This document shows, piece by piece, positions 59,759 through 64,000 of a DNA stretch of 64,000 nucleotides; within the stretch, counting starts at the first letter, position 1; the number at the start of each line of letters is the position of its first letter. The DNA is taken from assembly GCF_021028975.2 (NCBI RefSeq), contig NC_059439.1, positions 23,064,001 through 23,128,000 on the forward strand, written 5' to 3'. Source of the stretch: Sphaerodactylus townsendi. Its lineage: Eukaryota. Both the position numbers and the translations under genes were made by a program. The notes below the pieces were generated by a model. It was given only the letters and a program-made list of their open reading frames with translations. It had not been told where the DNA came from and did no database searches.

Positions 59759-60678
59759 TTATAAATGTTTGGCTTGAGCACTGGCATTCTGAAGTAAAGA
59801 CACCTTACTGTTCCTCTGTGGTCTTAGCACAATGATGTAGCACTTGGGGAAAAAGACTAAACCAAGTAAAGCAGTGCTGGAAGCCAAGATGGAGAAGATC
59901 TCCACAGTCACCATGGACTTGCCCCTATTGCTCCAATAAGCTGGCACAAAGGACAACCAGACACAACAAAAGACTAACATGCTGAAGGTGATGAATTTGG
60001 TTTCATTAAAAGCATCAGGCAACTTCCTGGCCAGGAAAGCCACAGTGAAGCTGACCATGGATAGAAAACCCATGTAGCCGAGTACAGAGTAGAACATGGC
60101 AACAGATCCTTCATTGCAAACAAGGTTAATTTTTCCATGCTCTGATGTCTTCTCCAGATTTGGGAATGGAGGTGAAGTCCCCAGCCAAACAGCACAGATG
60201 CCAACTTGAATCAGGGAGAAGAAGATAACCAAGGTCATTGCCAGTCTTTTCCCTATCCATTTACGCACCCTACTTCCTGGGTTTCTGGCCAGAAAAGCCA
60301 AGACCACAGTGATCGTTTTTGCCAAGAGTGAGGAAACTGCAACCGTGAAGACGATGCCAAAAGAAATTTGTCGGAGAAGGCAGGTCATTTTCCTTGGTTT
60401 TGCAAGGAATATCAAGGAGCAAAGGAAGCAGAGCAGAAGGGAGAAAAGAAGAAGGAAAGTGAGATCTTGGTTGTTGGCTTTCACAATTGGTGTGTTCCTG
60501 TGTTCAATGAATATTCCTAGAACTATAACTGTGATGAGGGAAAGAAACCCTGCAGAGGTTGTCAAGACAATTCCCAAAGGCTCTTCATATGACAGAAACA
60601 AAATGACCTTTGGAATACATTTATCTTGCTGGTCATTTGGGTATTGTTCTTGTGGGCATTCCTCACAATAATCCATAT
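59759..60678 (-). CDS. V2R-B exon 6 (7TM domain), intact
   Basis: [45 protein letters not shown]; phase-1 acceptor. Confidence 0.95.
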
Positions 60679-60906
60679 CTGAAATTTGCAAAAGATATCC
60701 ATGACAATTTTATTAATGAGGTTGTAAAAGAAGAAGAAGAAGTGAAGCAAAATAATTTCAAATGAAAAGTAATTCTGATAAGTATGACATTGAACATGGC
60801 TCTGAAAATCTGAATCTGATTAGCTGTTGGAAAAACATTGTGAACACTGATCATTGAATATTGGTACTTACAATTATTTTTTAGTTAGCTTTAAAACAAA
60901 CACCCA

Positions 60907-61203
60907 GGCCCCTTCCACACATGCAGGGATAGGGAACCTGCGGCTCTCCAGATGTTCAGGAACTACAATTCCCATCAGCCTTTGTCAGCATGGCCAATTG
61001 GCCATGCTGGTAGGGGCTGATGGGAATTGTAGTTCCTGAACATCTGGAGAGCCGCAGGTTCCCTACCCCTGCACACATGCAAAATAATGCATTTTCAAAC
61101 CACTTTCACAACTGTTTGCAAGTGGATTTTGCCGTTCCGCACAGCTTCAAAGAGCACTGAAAGCCGTTTGAAAGCGCATTATTCTGCATGTGCGGAATGA
61201 GAC
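60907..61203 (-). mobile_element. 141-bp Harbinger-like MITE interrupted by a hAT MITE
   Basis: Family sequence resumes after 61071. Confidence 0.8.
60924..61071. mobile_element. 148-bp palindromic hAT MITE
   Basis: TIR CAGGG(A/G)TAGGGAACCTG; perfect 8-bp TSD CACACATG. Confidence 0.88.
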
Positions 61204-61472
61204 CTAGATTTGTAGATAATCTCTCATTTCATTCAATTCCCCAGCTTGCTATATAGCTCATACTCCATGAGATCTTTTTCCATATGGGTTCCATGCCCCC
61301 CATGGTATTTTAGCTGACTAAATAGAATCTCTCCATCTACCCAGTTAAAAAAAAAAACCTAGCAGGTATAATATGTATTGTAGGAGCTACATCTCTGTTA
61401 GAATAATTTCAGTCCGCCTCATCAACCCTACTCCAATGTAGGTTAGATAGTGACAGCTTAATGGACACATAC

Positions 61473-61596
61473 CTTTTTGGCTAGAGACTGATCCTTCCCT
61501 GCATTGGACACAATCAAAGCAACATGATAACTTCCCAAGTGGAACTATTCTTCTAAAGCCAGGATGGCAACTTTCACTGCACACAGATGTTGGTGT
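61473..61596 (-). CDS. V2R-B exon 5 (124 bp)
   Basis: CSESCHPGFRR..CCFDCVQC; AG/GT borders. Confidence 0.92.
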
Positions 61597-61766
61597 CTAA
61601 GTATAAAAGAGTGTGTTATATTGATGAAAATGAATTTCAATAATCATAATTATACAAGGAATAGAGTATTTCAGGAATAGACAAAAGGCCCATCCATGCA
61701 GCATTCATTTACCTACAATAGCTAATGTGTTGTTTCCAGGAAAAAATAAAAGTCAGAGCTCTCTCT

Positions 61767-61798
61767 TGCCACACAGCCCGGAAAACCCACCAGAACCA
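61767..61798 (+). mobile_element. ~32-bp Penelope-like 3' micro-insertion
   Basis: gccacacagcccggaaaacccaccagaacca with TSD ctctctct; absent in V2R-A. Confidence 0.55.
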
Positions 61799-62048
61799 CT
61801 CTCTCTAGTTGTTTGCACCCTCAGTAACTGGTATCCCAACCTTTGGAGTATAAAATTCCATTTAGCTAAAAGGAATCTGTCTAAGTCATATCAAGGGTTT
61901 CTATGAGCACCGCCTATCCACATCACTCAGATCTTATATGTTAATGACTGAGGACATTATTTGGCAAAATGTGTTTTTATTTGACATATGTTCTGTGCAG
62001 CGACCCCCCCCAAAAAAAGAAACCCAAAAGTTTTTCTGCAATGGGAAT

Positions 62049-62142
62049 TTATTTTTATTTTATTTATTATTTAGATTTTTATACCGCCCTATCCCCGAGG
62101 GGCTCCGGGCGGTGTACAACAAAACTAATATAAATCAAGTTC
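62049..62142 (-). mobile_element. Short L2 3' tail
   Basis: TSD gggaat; absent in V2R-A. Confidence 0.65.
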
Positions 62143-62552
62143 GGGAATGTCTACCTAATGTTTCTCAGTGGTTGGCAGACCAGTCTTCTGAGCTGTTAAC
62201 ATTTTCAGAACTGTGTCCACATAGCTGTGAAGTTAGCTCATGCACAATTTTGAAAAAGGAAAATTATATATTGCCAGAATCAACAGGACGAGCTGAATAC
62301 AACTACGTACTCTTTGAGCTGAACAGGTACCCTGGATTGGAGCAGGCAGAAAAAATGTATTGGGGTAACCTGGAATAAATGGCAGCAAGGAGAATCCTTT
62401 CTGCAGCTCACAAAATGTCAGGTGCAAGCCGAGGGTGAAACTGACCAGAGAGCCAAACGGGCAGGTAGGAAAAAATAAGAAACCTATTGAACTCCTGTGC
62501 TCCACACAACCAGGCAGGAAACATGTTGCAGGAGGGTGCACTTTTTAGCCTT

Positions 62553-62979
62553 GGCCCTTTCTGCACGGGCCCAATACAGCGCCCTGGGGACGGCAAAAAC
62601 ACCGTCCCCAGGGATCTGTTCGCATGGGGGGCACAGCTGTGAGGTTTTGGGGGAACAGCGGCTTCCAAACGCTGCCATGCAAATGGCAGCGGCAGGAAGG
62701 CACCATCCCTCCCCCATTTCCCAATCAACTTACCTTCCCTGCGACCGTCCGGCGTGTCGCCGAGGCCGGGGGACACGCCCCCCTGCCCTGCAACTCCGGA
62801 GCAGTTGCGCAGGGCAGAGGGGGCATGTGTCTGGCCTCGGTGATGTGCCGGATGGTCACAGGGAAGGTAAGTCAATCGGGCGACAGCACAGCGCGGCACT
62901 GTCGTTCTGGTAATTTCCGGGACCGTTCGCACGTCATGTACGCCGACTCAACCCTCACCGTGACCATGCGGAAACGGCC
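62553..62979. mobile_element. GC-rich Harbinger-like non-autonomous element
   Basis: TIR GGCC(C/G)TTTC(T/C)GCA; related to 46423. Confidence 0.75.
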
Positions 62980-63216
62980 TTCAAGTTGAAATAAGGCGTC
63001 TTGAGAACATCTTGGGAAAAAAGCTGTGTGGAATGCCTTCCAAAGACGTCTTTATTTTTGCACCTTTAATATGTGTTATTAAAGCTGTATAATGACCCCA
63101 TGTTACATTTGAAACTACTTGCTCTCTGACTGTGAAAAGCACTAGTGAAAGAGATATTCAGTAAGAAGAATGTTACTAACACATTTCCTTCATGTCTTTC
63201 CACCATTGTTCCTGAC

Positions 63217-63444
63217 CTGGTTAAATCTGGTGTTCCACACTATAGCTTCTTCACTGATGACAATGACTTCACTCGTGGAAATCTGAGCTTCAAGATATCC
63301 AACCTGGGTAGGAAGCGGGGTATTATTTGGCAAAATGGCCCAGTTCAGAATGTCATATCCAGCATTCAAATCACCATTCCGGTCAAAAGATACTTCCTCA
63401 CCAGCTGTGTTGTTAAAGTGGACTTTCCTCAAGAGAGAATTTAG
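63217..63444 (-). CDS. V2R-B exon 4 (228 bp)
   Basis: Near-identical to 40654-40881. Confidence 0.92.
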
Positions 63445-63927
63445 CTAATTTTAAAGAAGAAAAAAGAAATACAACACAGATGTATGCATATATAACAAGG
63501 GCAGCATCAGGACTACAATAATATTAGAGAAGACCCCTTGTATTGTTTAGAAACATTTCTAGTAAAACGTATGGGATGGATCCAGTCTTGGACAAGGGTA
63601 CTTTTCTCACACAAATGAATTTTCTTCTTGCTCCTTGTTGATGCAGTCCCTAGCACCATCTCTTAAAAAAACCCTGTAAGAGGTTCTCCAGAACAGTCCA
63701 TTAGAATGTATGATAATATCAGCCCTATACCATAAGCGTTCAGTAGTATTTTCACTTCTGCAGAACATGGTGTTGGATCTATCACAATTTCCAGGAATAT
63801 GGAACTCCTTTCACCACAATAGTGCATTTAATTTCTGTAATGAAAATTTGCTTTGCTTTGGCAAGCAGAATACAATTTATTACATTATTGGTCACTCATG
63901 TAACAGTTTTCTAATAGAGGTGGTTAC

Positions 63928-64000
63928 CTGCCATGCATGAATATCATGGAGCTCCACTCTAGCTGCTTTTTTCTTTGCTGTTTGTAAACAGTACATTTCA
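63928..64000 (-). CDS. V2R-B exon 3, 3' end (gene continues beyond the window)
   Basis: ..ARVELHDIHAWQ|GT, matching 41912-41985. Confidence 0.85.

Overview
Vertebrate DNA, most likely a squamate reptile (a gecko is suggested by the SINE, MITE and Penelope repeat types; this is inference). The window is a chemosensory birth-and-death array. It holds five full-length class II olfactory receptor ORFs (OR11A1/family-11-like; four on -, one on +), several OR pseudogenes and deletion remnants, and two near-identical multi-exon vomeronasal type-2 receptor (V2R, class C GPCR) genes on the - strand. V2R-A has all six exons but a frameshifted exon 6. V2R-B shows exons 4-6 plus the end of exon 3 and runs off the window. 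From about 31.7 kb onward the repeating unit is an OR + upstream region + V2R cassette, present twice plus a third, mostly deleted copy. Other notable items: an 'empty' OR gene whose ~909-bp 7TM body is deleted in frame, leaving a 22-codon ORF under an intact-looking promoter; a three-way head-to-head OR fragment junction; intact OR ORFs that have lost key motifs or promoter parts; a Penelope-type minimal hammerhead ribozyme; and many nested MITE, SINE, LINE, LTR and Ngaro-like insertions. There are four N gaps, and some stretches look like unpolished long-read sequence.
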